Positions 36,274 to 46,888 are shown, counted from the first letter of the stretch. The stretch: DNA of 64,000 nucleotides from Candidatus Daviesbacteria bacterium (GCA_016176465.1 JACOXD010000004.1:50119-114118); one strand, 5' to 3'. The notes: generated by a model from the sequence alone, not told the origin. Made by a program: numbers and translations.

Positions 36274-37218
36274 CTAAAACCAGCCTTTTTTCTTAGGTTT
36301 TAAGGAAGCTAATGTTTGATATAACTCTTTTTCCTCTGCAGATAAACTCTTAGGTACCTCAAGCCTAACTCTAACAAAATGATCTCCCCGACCTCCTCTT
36401 AAATTGAAAACTCCCTTTCCTTTTAATCTAATTAAGGCTCCTGCTTCTGTTCCTCCTGGAACTTTTACCTTAACTTTTCCATCTATAGTATTAACCTCTA
36501 TTGTATCTCCTAAAACAACTTGAGGGATTGTTAATATTCTTTCTGTAAAAATATCTGCGCCTTCTCTTAAAAACTCAGAGTGGCGTTTTACTCTAAAAAC
36601 AATATCTACATCTCCAAATCTCATCCTGGTTCCATTATCTACACCAGCTGGGACTTTAATAGTCATTCGCTCTCTTGTTCTTTTACTATTCCCTTCAATT
36701 CTTTCAATCTCTATATCTTTAGTAACTCCATGAACTGCCTCATCAAAAGTTAGATCCATCTGGAAACTTTGTCTTCTTCTAAAACCCTGGCTAAATTGTT
36801 CAGCAAATCCTCCCCCAAAAATTTGCTCAAATAAATCAAATGGGTCTACAAATCCACCACTTCCTTGCCCTCCACTACTGCTCCAAGAGTAGCTAAACCC
36901 ACCTTGTCCAAAGGGCCCGCCCTGAGTCCCACCGAATGGATTAAAACCTTCTCCAAATCCAGCGCCAGATGGACCACCAAATCCTGAGGCTCCTGGGCCA
37001 AAGGCACTATGGCCAAACTGGTCATAAGTTTTTCTTTTGCTTGAATCAGATAAAACTTGATAAGCTTCAGAAATCTCTTTAAATTTTTCAGCTGATCCCG
37101 GCGATTTATCTATATCAGGATGATGTTTTCTTGCGAGCTTCCTATAAGCACTTTTAATTTCTGCATCTGGTGCGCTTTTAGGTATGCCTAATACTTCATA
37201 ATAATCTTTTTTAGCCAT
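36274..37218 (-). CDS. dnaJ: DnaJ-family chaperone lacking the Zn-finger (type II/CbpA-like)
   Basis: J domain with HPD, G/F region, C-terminal domain; no CxxCxGxG repeats. Confidence 0.92.
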   Translation of the reverse strand: MAKKDYYEVLGIPKSAPDAEIKSAYRKLARKHHPDIDKSPGSAEKFKEISEAYQVLSDSSKRKTYDQFGHSAFGPGASGFGGPSGAGFGEGFNPFGGTQGGPFGQGGFSYSWSSSGGQGSGGFVDPFDLFEQIFGGGFAEQFSQGFRRRQSFQMDLTFDEAVHGVTKDIEIERIEGNSKRTRERMTIKVPAGVDNGTRMRFGDVDIVFRVKRHSEFLREGADIFTERILTIPQVVLGDTIEVNTIDGKVKVKVPGGTEAGALIRLKGKGVFNLRGGRGDHFVRVRLEVPKSLSAEEKELYQTLASLKPKKKGWF

Positions 37219-37229
37219 TAGTTTATTTT

Positions 37230-37256
37230 TGTCATTCCGTGCTTGACACGGAATCC
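37230..37256. repeat. Short palindromic element supplying the stop codon of the upstream ORF
   Basis: tgtcattccgtg-cttga-cacggaatcc. Confidence 0.75.
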
Positions 37257-37813
37257 ATATTATAACTCTTTAATGTGTTTAGATTATCTGGTAAATGATC
37301 CATACCTTCAAACTCCCTAACAACAATAGACTTTATTTTTTTCTTTAACTTAGGATCAATATAAGGATAAACCATTTCTTCCTCCCCACCAATGCTTTCA
37401 CAATCATCTTCTATATAGATATCAGGCACTAGACTTTCTACTATATCTTTATACTCTTCCCCTTGTTGCCTAAAATAAAGATTCTTTTGATCTGGAAAAT
37501 TAAACTTTTTTAAAACATCTTTTATATCTTCAATTTCCTTTTTGATTCTTCTGGATGTTAAATACATTATAACTACTCCTTGGTTTTTCCAAGTTGTTAT
37601 CTTTTGAACTGCATTACTAATTGGAATATAGCTAGCATAGTCATGAACAGACCCAGGTGGAATTTCATGCGTTATATTTGTTCCATATTTTAGAGTGTTT
37701 TCCTCTCTTTGGACACCAGCTTCATGAGAGCGTTTTACTCTTTCTTGACGATTCAAACCCTTAGCATTTTGATACATTAGGATTGTCCCTTCTGTAAAAA
37801 TTAGTACTTTCAT
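37232..37813 (-). CDS. HAD-like hypothetical protein (likely start MKVLIFTEG)
   Basis: IFTEGTI, YLTSR, YIEDD; the listed longer N-terminus is read-through of repeats and a terminator. Confidence 0.65.
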   Translation of the reverse strand: MKVLIFTEGTILMYQNAKGLNRQERVKRSHEAGVQREENTLKYGTNITHEIPPGSVHDYASYIPISNAVQKITTWKNQGVVIMYLTSRRIKKEIEDIKDVLKKFNFPDQKNLYFRQQGEEYKDIVESLVPDIYIEDDCESIGGEEEMVYPYIDPKLKKKIKSIVVREFEGMDHLPDNLNTLKSYNMDSVSSTE

Positions 37814-37817
37814 AATC

Positions 37818-37844
37818 AAAAAAGCCTCGGAGATCTTCCGAGGC
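37818..37844 (-). terminator. Intrinsic terminator downstream of dnaK
   Basis: Minus strand GCCTCGGA-agatc-TCCGAGGC plus T6. Confidence 0.75.
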
Positions 37845-37848
37845 GATT

Positions 37849-37960
37849 TGTCATTCTGATCCTGAGCGTAGCCGAAGGAGAAGAATCTCAAGATTAGATC
37901 CTTCTGGTTCAATAGACCATCAGGTCTTCGACCCTGAGGCTCAGACCCGAAGGGATGATA
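37849..37960. repeat. Composite (nested) palindromic element
   Basis: tgtcattctga[tcctgagcgtagccgaagga]gaagaatct..agatccttc[..]tcagg[tcttcgaccctgaggctcagacccgaagg]gatgat. Confidence 0.85.
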
Positions 37961-37962
37961 GT

Positions 37963-39900
37963 TTATTCCTTTTCTTTTTTCTCCTCTCCAGCCTCATCCA
38001 CTACTTGTCCTTCAACCACATCCTCCTTCGGAGCTTGCGAGGACTCTTCCTCTTTTTTATCTTCAGAACCTGACTGACTTGCTTGTCCTTCGGTAGCTCC
38101 TGGAGCGGAGGAGGAGTACATAGCTGCTCCTACTTTTTGAATAGCCTCAGACAGCGCATCCATCTTGGGTTTTAAATCCGAAGTAGTAGCAGTTTGGACA
38201 ACTCCTTTTAGATCATTTAATTTTTGCTCAACGTCTGTTCTGACCTCAGGAGAAACTTTATCTCCAGCCTCTTTAAGAGTCCGCTCAGTTGTAAAAATTA
38301 ATGTATCTGCTTGATTTCTTACCTCTATTTCTTCTTTTTTCTTTCTATCTTCCTCAGCATTAGCTTCAGCTTCTTTAGTCATCCGTTCAACTTCTGCCTT
38401 ATCCAAACCTGTTGAACCAGTGATAGTTATTTTTTGCACTTTTTCAGTTGCTTTATCTTTTGCAGATACATTTAAAATTCCATTGGCATCAATATCAAAA
38501 GTAACCTCAATTTGAGGAATACCTCTAGGGGAGGGTGGAATTCCATCAAGTACAAATTTACCCAAAGATTTATTATCTGCTGCCATTGGCCTTTCCCCTT
38601 GCAACACATTAATCTCAACTGCTGGTTGATTATCTGCAGCAGTTGAAAAAACTTCTGATTTAGATGAAGGAATAGTTGTGTTTCTTGGAATTAGCGGGGT
38701 AGAGACTCCACCTAAAGTTTCTATTCCTAAAGTTAGAGGGGTTACATCTAAAAGCAAGACGTCTTTGACCTCTCCACCCAAAACCCCACCTTGAATAGCT
38801 GCTCCGATTGCCACTACCTCATCAGGATTAATACCTTTATGAGGCTCTTTGCCAAAAAACTCAGAGACCTTTTTAGAAACTGCAGGCATTCTAGTCATTC
38901 CTCCTACTAAAACTACCTCCTCCACTTTAGATGATTCAATCTTGGCATCTTTTAAAGCAGATTTTACAGCCTCAAATGTTTTATCAATTAACTCAGAAAC
39001 CAAACTTTCTAGTTTAGCACGGGAAAGCTTTGTTTCTAAGTGTTTAGGACCAGAGTCAGTGGCTGTTACAAAAGGTATTGAGATATCTGTTTCCATAGAA
39101 GAAGAAAGCTCAATTTTAGCTTTTTCTGCAGCATCCCTTAATCTTTGTAGGGCTTGTCTGTCACCTTTTAAATCTATTCCTTCCTGTTTTTTAAACTCTT
39201 CTGCTAAAAAGTCAATAATTTTTTGATCAAAATCATCTCCACCTAAATGAGTATCACCATTGGTACTTTTAACCTCAAACACACCTTCACCCAGCTCTAA
39301 TATAGATATATCAAAGGTCCCACCACCTAAATCATAAACAGCAATGGTGTGTGAGTGAGCTTTATCTAATCCATAAGCAAGCGCTGCTGCTGTTGGTTCA
39401 TTTATAATTCGGGATACATTTAATCCTGCAATTTCTCCTGCTTGTTTTGTAGCCTGGCGCTGTGAATCATCAAAATATGCTGGGACTGTTATAACTGCAT
39501 CAGTTACTTTTTCACCTAAATAGGACTCTGCATCAGCTTTAATTTTTTGCAGAATTTGTGCAGAGATTTCCTGAGGAGTATATTCATGACCCTCAACTTC
39601 AACAACAGCCATGCCATTTTTACCTTCTTTAATAGTGTAAGGAAGCCACTTTATATCCCGCTGAACCTCAGGATCACTAAATTTCCTACCCATAAGACGC
39701 TTTACAGAAAAAATAGTTTCTTTTGGATTTACAATAGCCTGGCGCTTTGCAACGCGCCCTACAATATTTTTTGTAGGATTAACAACACTAGGGATAATAT
39801 TTTCTCCTTCAGCAGAGTGAATAACTTTGGGTTTTCCACCCTCCATTACAGCTACAGCACTATTTGTTGTTCCTAAATCAATTCCAACTATTTTTGCCAT
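37963..39900 (-). CDS. dnaK: Chaperone DnaK
   Basis: [32 protein letters not shown]. Confidence 0.99.
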   Translation of the reverse strand: MAKIVGIDLGTTNSAVAVMEGGKPKVIHSAEGENIIPSVVNPTKNIVGRVAKRQAIVNPKETIFSVKRLMGRKFSDPEVQRDIKWLPYTIKEGKNGMAVVEVEGHEYTPQEISAQILQKIKADAESYLGEKVTDAVITVPAYFDDSQRQATKQAGEIAGLNVSRIINEPTAAALAYGLDKAHSHTIAVYDLGGGTFDISILELGEGVFEVKSTNGDTHLGGDDFDQKIIDFLAEEFKKQEGIDLKGDRQALQRLRDAAEKAKIELSSSMETDISIPFVTATDSGPKHLETKLSRAKLESLVSELIDKTFEAVKSALKDAKIESSKVEEVVLVGGMTRMPAVSKKVSEFFGKEPHKGINPDEVVAIGAAIQGGVLGGEVKDVLLLDVTPLTLGIETLGGVSTPLIPRNTTIPSSKSEVFSTAADNQPAVEINVLQGERPMAADNKSLGKFVLDGIPPSPRGIPQIEVTFDIDANGILNVSAKDKATEKVQKITITGSTGLDKAEVERMTKEAEANAEEDRKKKEEIEVRNQADTLIFTTERTLKEAGDKVSPEVRTDVEQKLNDLKGVVQTATTSDLKPKMDALSEAIQKVGAAMYSSSAPGATEGQASQSGSEDKKEEESSQAPKEDVVEGQVVDEAGEEKKEKE

Positions 39901-39902
39901 AA

Positions 39903-40217
39903 TTAAGCTCCTCTCATTTCCTGACGTCTTTTTATCACATTAGGAATATCTTGTTCTCTATGCCAAACCTCAGTTCCTAAATTTCTTATATTATCTATAA
40001 AGCCACCAATTGGACCTCCAAATCTGACTCGTTTAAAACTTCTAAGTGTCTGCACGTAAGATTCGTTTCCAAATGGATTACCAATTTCCTCGTCTTTAAG
40101 ATCTGTCACTTCAACTCTATCTTCTCTATAAGCCTTTAAAGCATCAACAAACCATCTTACTGGACCAATTACAGTTTTTGCTACTTTTTCAGATATCATT
40201 CTTAGTTGTTCATTCAT
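39903..40217 (-). CDS. Hypothetical protein inserted between grpE and dnaK
   Basis: 104-aa co-oriented ORF. Confidence 0.6.
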   Translation of the reverse strand: MNEQLRMISEKVAKTVIGPVRWFVDALKAYREDRVEVTDLKDEEIGNPFGNESYVQTLRSFKRVRFGGPIGGFIDNIRNLGTEVWHREQDIPNVIKRRQEMRGA

Positions 40218-40263
40218 AATTTTGTATCACCACTCTCTAGGCAGCTTTTATCTGTTCTCTTTC

Positions 40264-40373
40264 TGTCATTCTGAACTTGATTCAGAATCTTTTCTGTCAT
40301 TTCGATACGTAAGTGAGAAATCTCCAGACTAATCTTGAGATCCTTCTCCGCCAGCTGGCGGATCAGGATAACA
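40264..40373. repeat. Tandem palindromic elements (short plus full copy) overlapping the grpE stop
   Basis: tgtcattctgaacttgattcagaatct then tgtcatttcgatacgtaagtgagaaatct..agatccttc..tcaggataaca. Confidence 0.85.
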
Positions 40374-40929
40374 ATTCCTTCCTCCCTACAACTACCTTTG
40401 CAGGTTTAATCACTTTTCCCCCTAAAGTATACCCTTTTTCTACAATTTCTAAAATAATATTATCATCACCATCTTTGGTGTCAACTGCTTCATGAAGGCT
40501 GGGATCAAACCGGGTACCACCCGTCCCGTGCGAAGACACGGGATCTATCTCAATCTCCTCCAACCCTTCATCAGCTAATACTGCTTGAAGCTGTTGTAAA
40601 GCTAACTCCACTCCCCTAAACCAACCTGATTCTCTATCTTCCTCTGATGCTCCTTTAATTGCTTTTTCAAAATGATCCAAAACAGGCAATATTTTAATAA
40701 TTAAATTAGCATTTGCCCAAGAACTTAATTCACCTCTTGCCTCTTGAATTCTTTTTTCTAAATTTTGATAATCAGCAACTGCTCTTTTGAGTTGATTTCT
40801 GATATCTTCATGATCTACCTTTACTCTTGCCAACTCCTCCTGTAGCTCTTGTACCTCTGCTTTTTTAGTAGCTTGAGAAATTACATCATCATGAGTATTA
40901 TTTTGATTATCTTCTTTTTGTTTTTTCAT
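40363..40929 (-). CDS. grpE: Nucleotide exchange factor GrpE
   Basis: RAVADYQNL.KR, LPVLD.FE, FDP.LHEAV, KGY.L...VIKPAKV.V. Confidence 0.95.
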   Translation of the reverse strand: MKKQKEDNQNNTHDDVISQATKKAEVQELQEELARVKVDHEDIRNQLKRAVADYQNLEKRIQEARGELSSWANANLIIKILPVLDHFEKAIKGASEEDRESGWFRGVELALQQLQAVLADEGLEEIEIDPVSSHGTGGTRFDPSLHEAVDTKDGDDNIILEIVEKGYTLGGKVIKPAKVVVGRKELLS

Positions 40930-40935
40930 AAGTTT

Positions 40936-41667
40936 CTACCAAGAATGCAATGCTTGCGATACTAAATTACTCATATATTTTACATAAGGTAGTACTACCG
41001 GAAAATTTAATCTGGCCGGGCCAATCACCCCCAAAACTCCATCCCTTTCCCCTCTTCCTTCAAACTTACAAAAAACAAAACTAGTTGGCCGCAAATATTC
41101 ATACTCCATATCTTCTCCAAATAAAATATGTATCGGATCCGCTCCCATCGCCTTGCCTAATATTTGATTTAGAGTTGGGAATTCATCAAATAAAGACAGT
41201 ACAAATCTAGTTACATCAATATCGGAAAATTCCGGCCAATCTAAAATATTGGCTGCTCCTGCATAAAAAATTTCTCCATCCTCATTTACAGCTAGTGCCA
41301 AAATACTACAACGGTTGGCTAGCGAGCGAACTGCTGCTTTTAATAATCTGTTTTCTTCGTGACGAGATTGCCAAAGATTCTCTTTAAGTGAAACTTCCGC
41401 TGAAACAGGAAGTTCCTTTTCCTTCATCAATTCGGCAATGTAAACTCGATACCCCATTGATGTGGGAATCCTACCAGCACTGGTGTGGGGTTGTTTTAAA
41501 TAACCATCTTGAGTCAAACGAACCATCTCATGGCGGATGGTGGCAGGGGAGACTCCTAAGTTAAACTCTTTATCAACATTTTCGCTCCCAACAGGTTCTC
41601 CGCTTTTAACATAAAACTCAACTATGGCTTTGAGTAAATCTTTTTGTCTATCGTTTAAATCTGACAT
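40936..41667 (-). CDS. hrcA: Heat-inducible repressor HrcA
   Basis: SPATIR.EM, QPHTSAGRIPT, GVIGP.R. Confidence 0.93.
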   Translation of the reverse strand: MSDLNDRQKDLLKAIVEFYVKSGEPVGSENVDKEFNLGVSPATIRHEMVRLTQDGYLKQPHTSAGRIPTSMGYRVYIAELMKEKELPVSAEVSLKENLWQSRHEENRLLKAAVRSLANRCSILALAVNEDGEIFYAGAANILDWPEFSDIDVTRFVLSLFDEFPTLNQILGKAMGADPIHILFGEDMEYEYLRPTSFVFCKFEGRGERDGVLGVIGPARLNFPVVLPYVKYMSNLVSQALHSW

Positions 41668-41676
41668 AATTTTTAA

Positions 41677-41703
41677 TTAGCACTAATATACCAAGAGTGC
41701 TAA
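41677..41703. promoter_or_regulatory. CIRCE operator overlapping the hrcA promoter
   Basis: TTAGCACTA-N9-GAGTGCTAA (one mismatch to consensus); minus strand TTGACA-17-TATATT overlaps it. Confidence 0.93.
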
Positions 41704-41762
41704 TATATGTCAAGTAGTCTATTTAGTTTGCTTAGCTGGTAATTTGTATTTATAATTTATTT

Positions 41763-42164
41763 ATGGAATCAACTAATAATCCCCTGCAAGAATATAGGTT
41801 TATTCCCCATTATCATGGTGATAAAGTAAGAATTTTATTTATAATTGCTGGTATAATCATGATCCTTGGACTTCCTTTTTTCCAAGAGCTAATTCACTTA
41901 CCCCTGTATAGTTCTTTTTTAGGAATTCTAGCACTTGGTTTTATAGCAGGGCTCACCAATCCCCGCCAAATGTGGGTTGCGCTCCTTGATACATGTATTT
42001 CCATAGCAGCTTTAGTAATTTTTGAGTACTACGCAATCCATAGTTTCAATCAAGAAAGTCTAATATTTTTTTGGACAAATCAAATTTTAGCCTTACTTTT
42101 TTTTGCTGCTTTATATTTCTCCACCAAAACTTTAAGAGGATTTTTCTTTAGGAAACCAAAATAA
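41763..42164 (+). CDS. 4-TM membrane protein
   Basis: Hydrophobicity pattern. Confidence 0.7.
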   Translation: MESTNNPLQEYRFIPHYHGDKVRILFIIAGIIMILGLPFFQELIHLPLYSSFLGILALGFIAGLTNPRQMWVALLDTCISIAALVIFEYYAIHSFNQESLIFFWTNQILALLFFAALYFSTKTLRGFFFRKPK

Positions 42165-42771
42165 ATTTAGTAGTTTTATAATATCTAGGATCTGAGTGCA
42201 AAGTTAAATCTCTGGAGTTTAAAACCCTATCTATATTAATAATCCCATCCATATGATCTATTTCATGTTGGAAAACCCTATTTAGAATTTTTCCCAATTT
42301 AGTATTATCTTTGGTATTCCAATAATTTTTATTTCCTTTTTCATCAAAATATTCAAACTCTATCCATGAGGGTCTAACAGTTGGAGCAACGATAGGGTGA
42401 GTGCTCATACACATTTCTTTATATAAATATTTTTTCTTTGAAACTTTAGTAATTTTAGGATTAATAATGATCTGGTATTTTTCAGGAGTGTAAATTACGG
42501 AAAATTTCTCAGGGATGCCAACTTGGACTGCAGTTATGCCCCTACCTACTCTTGTTAATTTTCTATATTTAATTAAACATTTTTTTAAATACCTAAATTT
42601 TGCTTGGTATTCTTTTGTGTTAATTTTATTTAAAGGAACATCGATAGATCGTTTTCTTAAATCTTTATACTCGCCAATTTGATAAATAAAATCAGCAACC
42701 AAAGCTGCATGATGAGCAACTTGCTTTTTAAATCTCCTATTTGGTGCTAATTTTTTCTTCCAAGTTTTCAT
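42148..42771 (-). CDS. def: Peptide deformylase-like protein
   Basis: G.GITAVQVG, INPKI, EMCMS (for EGCLS), QHEIDH.DG. Confidence 0.8.
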   Translation of the reverse strand: MKTWKKKLAPNRRFKKQVAHHAALVADFIYQIGEYKDLRKRSIDVPLNKINTKEYQAKFRYLKKCLIKYRKLTRVGRGITAVQVGIPEKFSVIYTPEKYQIIINPKITKVSKKKYLYKEMCMSTHPIVAPTVRPSWIEFEYFDEKGNKNYWNTKDNTKLGKILNRVFQHEIDHMDGIINIDRVLNSRDLTLHSDPRYYKTTKFILVS

Positions 42772-42807
42772 TGGCGAAAGTATACACTAGAAGCTAACGT
42801 AGGAAAA

Positions 42808-44043
42808 CTAAATGAGTTTTTTATCCTTTAAGGATATATAAAACCTTTTTCTTTCAATTAAAATAGCCCCCATTCCAACTAAAATTGAAACAAACATTAT
42901 TATCCAACCTATAACGGGAATTAAAGTTAGGACTTCATAAATTATTAAACCAACAATAAAAGCAATACTTAAATTTATCTTTCTATTGGTTAAGTCCATT
43001 AATTTTTGCCCAATTAACATCATTATAAAAAGTGGTGATATATATAAAAGTATTAGATAAATTACTAATAAAATTAAAGCTAATGGCAATCCAACAATGG
43101 TAATCAATAAAACAAAGATCAAGAAAGGTGTAAGAATTAATGCTAAAAATCCAACAAATAATGAAAGCCAAGGGCGCTCCGAAATTAGATTAACATTTTT
43201 CTGAGTATAAATTGGAACTAAATTAATAAGTAAAACTCCTATTATTAATAAAGAAAGTGCGCTAAATAATTTTACAAAGAAGCCAAATCGAGCAATTTGA
43301 CCGGCAATTTTTTCTTTATCTAATCTTTCTTTGGGGAAACTTAATTGTCTAATTTCTCCCGATATAGTTGCACCTGGTTGTAAGTCCAACGGATCTGAGC
43401 TAAAGTATTTTATATCCCCCGCTACATTTGCATTTGAAGTTAACATTAATTTTCCCACCCCTGCTAATACATCCCCGCTTACTGTACTTGCCAAAGTTAG
43501 CTGTCCAGCTCCAGCAGTTATGTCCTTAGGAACTGGTGCAAAAATATTTAAAGAACCTGCTCCGGAAACTATCGATCCTCCAATAACTGCTGAATCAGAA
43601 ATATTAACTACTCCACCAAAAACAGTAATATTTCTACCCACCTCTCCGGTAATATTAACTTGCCCGCCACCTACTCTTAAATCATTACTTACTTTCCCTC
43701 TAATATTTACTGAACCTCCGGCAACTAAAAGATCACCATTTATATCCCCTTCCACTAATATATTTCCCCCTGCTAAATAAGCATCACCATTAATAGTTCC
43801 AGAAATTGTGATACTTTCTCCCATTGCAAAATAGTCTTTATTAATAATTTGATCTTTTGGTAAAACAATAGTTTCTTTTCGATCTATATTTTCTACTTGC
43901 CCTAAACCAGCAAGTGTTGGATTTTGCTCTTCTTCTACTTCAATTAAGGGTTCAGTTGGAATTATCTCTTGAGCCAAGATAGGGGTAACTAGCAAAAGGG
44001 GCAGAAGGATAATAATGAGTAAAGCTAAGATCCTTCTTATCAT
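42808..44043 (-). CDS. Polymer-forming (bactofilin-like beta-helix) membrane protein
   Basis: Repeated G.I.GD...AGG units followed by several TMs. Confidence 0.8.
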   Translation of the reverse strand: MIRRILALLIIILLPLLLVTPILAQEIIPTEPLIEVEEEQNPTLAGLGQVENIDRKETIVLPKDQIINKDYFAMGESITISGTINGDAYLAGGNILVEGDINGDLLVAGGSVNIRGKVSNDLRVGGGQVNITGEVGRNITVFGGVVNISDSAVIGGSIVSGAGSLNIFAPVPKDITAGAGQLTLASTVSGDVLAGVGKLMLTSNANVAGDIKYFSSDPLDLQPGATISGEIRQLSFPKERLDKEKIAGQIARFGFFVKLFSALSLLIIGVLLINLVPIYTQKNVNLISERPWLSLFVGFLALILTPFLIFVLLITIVGLPLALILLVIYLILLYISPLFIMMLIGQKLMDLTNRKINLSIAFIVGLIIYEVLTLIPVIGWIIMFVSILVGMGAILIERKRFYISLKDKKLI

Positions 44044-44138
44044 TTAAACTCCTCGAGAATAGTCAAATTAGCTTAACTTGTCAACTATTAAGAAATTATT
44101 GCATATTTTAATAATCTGGTTTATTATTCGGGGAATCT

Positions 44139-44663
44139 ATGGGTAAAGATAAAATCCAGCAAATTGAGCTAAAAACAAGAGATATCTTAGAGCAAGTTTT
44201 AGGAAAAATTATAGATCTAAAACCTCCTATTAATTTAGCCAAAGTTTTAGAGTATTTTGATGTTTCTTTAAGTCTGGCACGTTTTAAAGTTCCATCAGTT
44301 GCTGGAGCTTTTGATAAGAGATTAAAAATGATTTATCTATCAAAAGATGAACCATACAAAAGACAATTTTTTACAGCAGCTCATGAGTTAGGACACTTAG
44401 TTTTAAATCATAAAAAAAACTTTGATGTTTTTTATAGACAACAGCTTTCAGAGTTTAATGGTTTATCCGCCGAAGCTAGAGCGAAGGAGGGAAAAGCTTC
44501 TGAAGAAAAAGAAGCAAATTATTTTGCAGCATCCTTACTAATGCCCGAAGAATTAGTTAAAAAATTCTGGAATGAGAAAAAAGATATAGAACTTTTAGCA
44601 GCTTACTTTGGTGTCTCCCGTTCTGCTGCCTACTGGAGACTTAAAAACTTAAAGGTTATTTAA
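44139..44663 (+). CDS. ImmA/IrrE (M78) metallopeptidase
   Basis: RQFFTAAHELGH, EKEANYFAASLLMP. Confidence 0.9.
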   Translation: MGKDKIQQIELKTRDILEQVLGKIIDLKPPINLAKVLEYFDVSLSLARFKVPSVAGAFDKRLKMIYLSKDEPYKRQFFTAAHELGHLVLNHKKNFDVFYRQQLSEFNGLSAEARAKEGKASEEKEANYFAASLLMPEELVKKFWNEKKDIELLAAYFGVSRSAAYWRLKNLKVI

Positions 44664-44664
44664 T

Positions 44665-45051
44665 ATGGCAGTAGCAAATTTTCTTTCTCCCCAAAAAATT
44701 ATAGAAACAAAAACAGTTGAGGTTTTAAAAAATCCTCAAACTTGGCAAAAGCAAGCAACCCAAGAAGTAAGAGAGGACTTCTCTGAGTTAGATAAATTAA
44801 GGTTTAAAGATATAGATTGGAGGCTAAAAAATAGAGAAAACTTTAGAAAATTTTTAATGGGACTTTTGATTTTTCAAAATGTTGCTGTGTTTTTAATAGT
44901 AGGACTAGCAGTTTGGTTTGATAAAGTAAAAGGTTTAGAGTTAATCTTTGCAACATTAATTGGTGGAACCTTGCTAGAGACAGCTGGGTTAATTCTAATA
45001 ATTATTAAGTGGTTATTTTCAGAAATATCTTATAAGGGTAAAAACTTTTAA
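44665..45051 (+). CDS. 2-TM membrane protein
   Basis: Two C-terminal TM helices; coupled to the peptidase gene. Confidence 0.7.
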   Translation: MAVANFLSPQKIIETKTVEVLKNPQTWQKQATQEVREDFSELDKLRFKDIDWRLKNRENFRKFLMGLLIFQNVAVFLIVGLAVWFDKVKGLELIFATLIGGTLLETAGLILIIIKWLFSEISYKGKNF

Positions 45052-46043
45052 GAGGAGTCTCTTAATGTAAGACTTCCTGTTGGTATACTGTCTCTCCAAG
45101 ATTCAAATCTACCTCTGGGAGTATGTTCAGCTATAATCATAAGTCTATCTGTCATTCTCCCTAATTGACCAATGCCTAAAGGTGTAACAAATTGACGTGC
45201 ACTCACTATCGCAAACCTATTTGCTTCTAAAGTATCTAGAACATCTCCCGAGTTTACATCGCCAATCTCTATTGTTTCTCCTGTTTCAACTTTCTTAATA
45301 GTCATTGGATTATTATGGATAACTAAATATAGTCTACCCAACCCATTAGGATTTATGACTCGAGCCATCTCTGAAATAGCCCTTTGCCACTCAGGTACCC
45401 ATTGCAAAGAATTATTACAAATAATTTGATCAAAGGTACCATTAGGGTATCTTAAAGAAGTCATGTCACCTGTTTTAGCTTCTATATTCCTTTCTACACC
45501 CGCAGCGGCAATCACTTTTTTATTAAAAGTCGTCATCTCAGGTGCATAATCTACACAGGTAATTCTTACTCGACCTCCATGTTGTTCTTGAAAAAAGACT
45601 CCTAGATAAGCTTCATATAATCCTGGTCCAGCTCCGAGACTTGCCCATCTTTCTGGTTTTGTAGCACTTTGAAAACGCATATGATAAAGAAGAGATTCCA
45701 TGGTAAGTGAGTAGGTTGCTCTAGACTCAATTCTTGCCCACTGTCCCGCTCTTAGGTTCCATACATTTAGCAAAAATATTTTGGGATCCTTCCCTGGATC
45801 AGGTTCAGAAGGAACCATTATTGCAGAAGATACTGCTTCTGGATTAGGATCAATCTGTCTTAGAATTGATTCAATAAACTGAAGGAACATTTTCCCATGC
45901 ATCTGGGCTAGAGATAAGCGTCGTGGATCAAGTTGAGTCAGGGCTTGTACTCCTAATCTAAATTCTTCTGCAGCTCGAGAGACATCTGCCTTAGTAAGGG
46001 CCCCAAAATTAACATTTATTCCTGGTCTAGTCTCATCTACCAT
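45048..46043 (-). CDS. Class I SAM-dependent methyltransferase
   Basis: LGAGPG, VDYAPEM, GDM..L.Y..GTFD, EMARV. Confidence 0.85.
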   Translation of the reverse strand: MVDETRPGINVNFGALTKADVSRAAEEFRLGVQALTQLDPRRLSLAQMHGKMFLQFIESILRQIDPNPEAVSSAIMVPSEPDPGKDPKIFLLNVWNLRAGQWARIESRATYSLTMESLLYHMRFQSATKPERWASLGAGPGLYEAYLGVFFQEQHGGRVRITCVDYAPEMTTFNKKVIAAAGVERNIEAKTGDMTSLRYPNGTFDQIICNNSLQWVPEWQRAISEMARVINPNGLGRLYLVIHNNPMTIKKVETGETIEIGDVNSGDVLDTLEANRFAIVSARQFVTPLGIGQLGRMTDRLMIIAEHTPRGRFESWRDSIPTGSLTLRDSS

Positions 46044-46120
46044 CAGCGAATTATAGGGTATATTTAAATTGGCGTCAAATCTAACTTTTTAAAATACTCG
46101 AGTGCCCCTGGAAATTTAGA

Positions 46121-46441
46121 CTATTTTTTAATTGAATGGGCTACCATAGAACCTGACTTAATTTTACTTAGGATTTCATTTATATCCTCGTGCTCTTGGC
46201 TGTGAGCTGCTTGCTCTTCTCTGATAGTCTTTAATTCACCAATTACTTTATCTAATCTGTCATAAGTCCCATTTTTAAACTCCCCCAGCTCCTCTTTAGT
46301 GGCATATTTTTGTAGCTCATATTTCAATTCATCCTTTGAGGTAAAAAAATTAGTTATTTCTTCTTTGGTAAAATAGTTTTCTAAGTCTTGTTTAGTAGCT
46401 AAAACTTTTAGCAGTTTTTTAATATCTTGATCAGTTAACAT
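46121..46441 (-). CDS. Coiled-coil hypothetical protein with (A/F)TK.(D/E) repeats
   Basis: ATKQDL / FTKEEI / TSKDEL / ATKEEL. Confidence 0.7.
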   Translation of the reverse strand: MLTDQDIKKLLKVLATKQDLENYFTKEEITNFFTSKDELKYELQKYATKEELGEFKNGTYDRLDKVIGELKTIREEQAAHSQEHEDINEILSKIKSGSMVAHSIKK

Positions 46442-46495
46442 AGATTTAATTTTATCACAGAAAGATTACTTGACAGCTCAACTAAAATATAAGGT

Positions 46496-46888
46496 ATGAA
46501 TACTCAAAATGTTATTGATAAATTTAGAGGCAAAATTTTGGGAAATCAGGCAACTAAGAAAATTATTGCTGAAACTTTACTTTTACTTCCAGAGAAAACT
46601 ATAGAGGATTTATCTAAACATGTTTGGTTTATGTCCTCTTTTGATGATGCCTGGGCATATACTTTTAGAGGGAATGATCTAAAAGGGAAAAAGATGATCT
46701 TTTTATCTGATGAGTTATTATCTCAAGATAAAGAATCTATTCAGTTCACTATCCTCCATGAAGTAGGACATGTAGTTTTAAACCATAGAAATTCAATTAA
46801 CTTTAGACAAACTAGAGAAGAGGTTAACAAACAAGAGCAAGAAGCAGATAAATTTGCTTTTAGATACTTAAACCAATCTTTTCTCTAG
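46496..46888 (+). CDS. Zinc metallopeptidase-like protein (HExxH)
   Basis: ILHEVGH...H, EQEAD.FA. Confidence 0.75.
   Translation: MNTQNVIDKFRGKILGNQATKKIIAETLLLLPEKTIEDLSKHVWFMSSFDDAWAYTFRGNDLKGKKMIFLSDELLSQDKESIQFTILHEVGHVVLNHRNSINFRQTREEVNKQEQEADKFAFRYLNQSFL

Noticed and set aside
37814-37912. Listed N-terminal extension MNQKDLILRFFSFGYAQDQND...
   Set aside because: Translation of the nested palindromic element and terminator; the likely start is 37813
40313-40495. 60-aa plus-strand ORF
   Set aside because: Made of repeat sequence plus grpE antisense
42148-42771. Deformylase motif deviations as evidence of a novel enzyme
   Set aside because: The metal ligands (Cys, HExxH) are retained; divergence alone is insufficient
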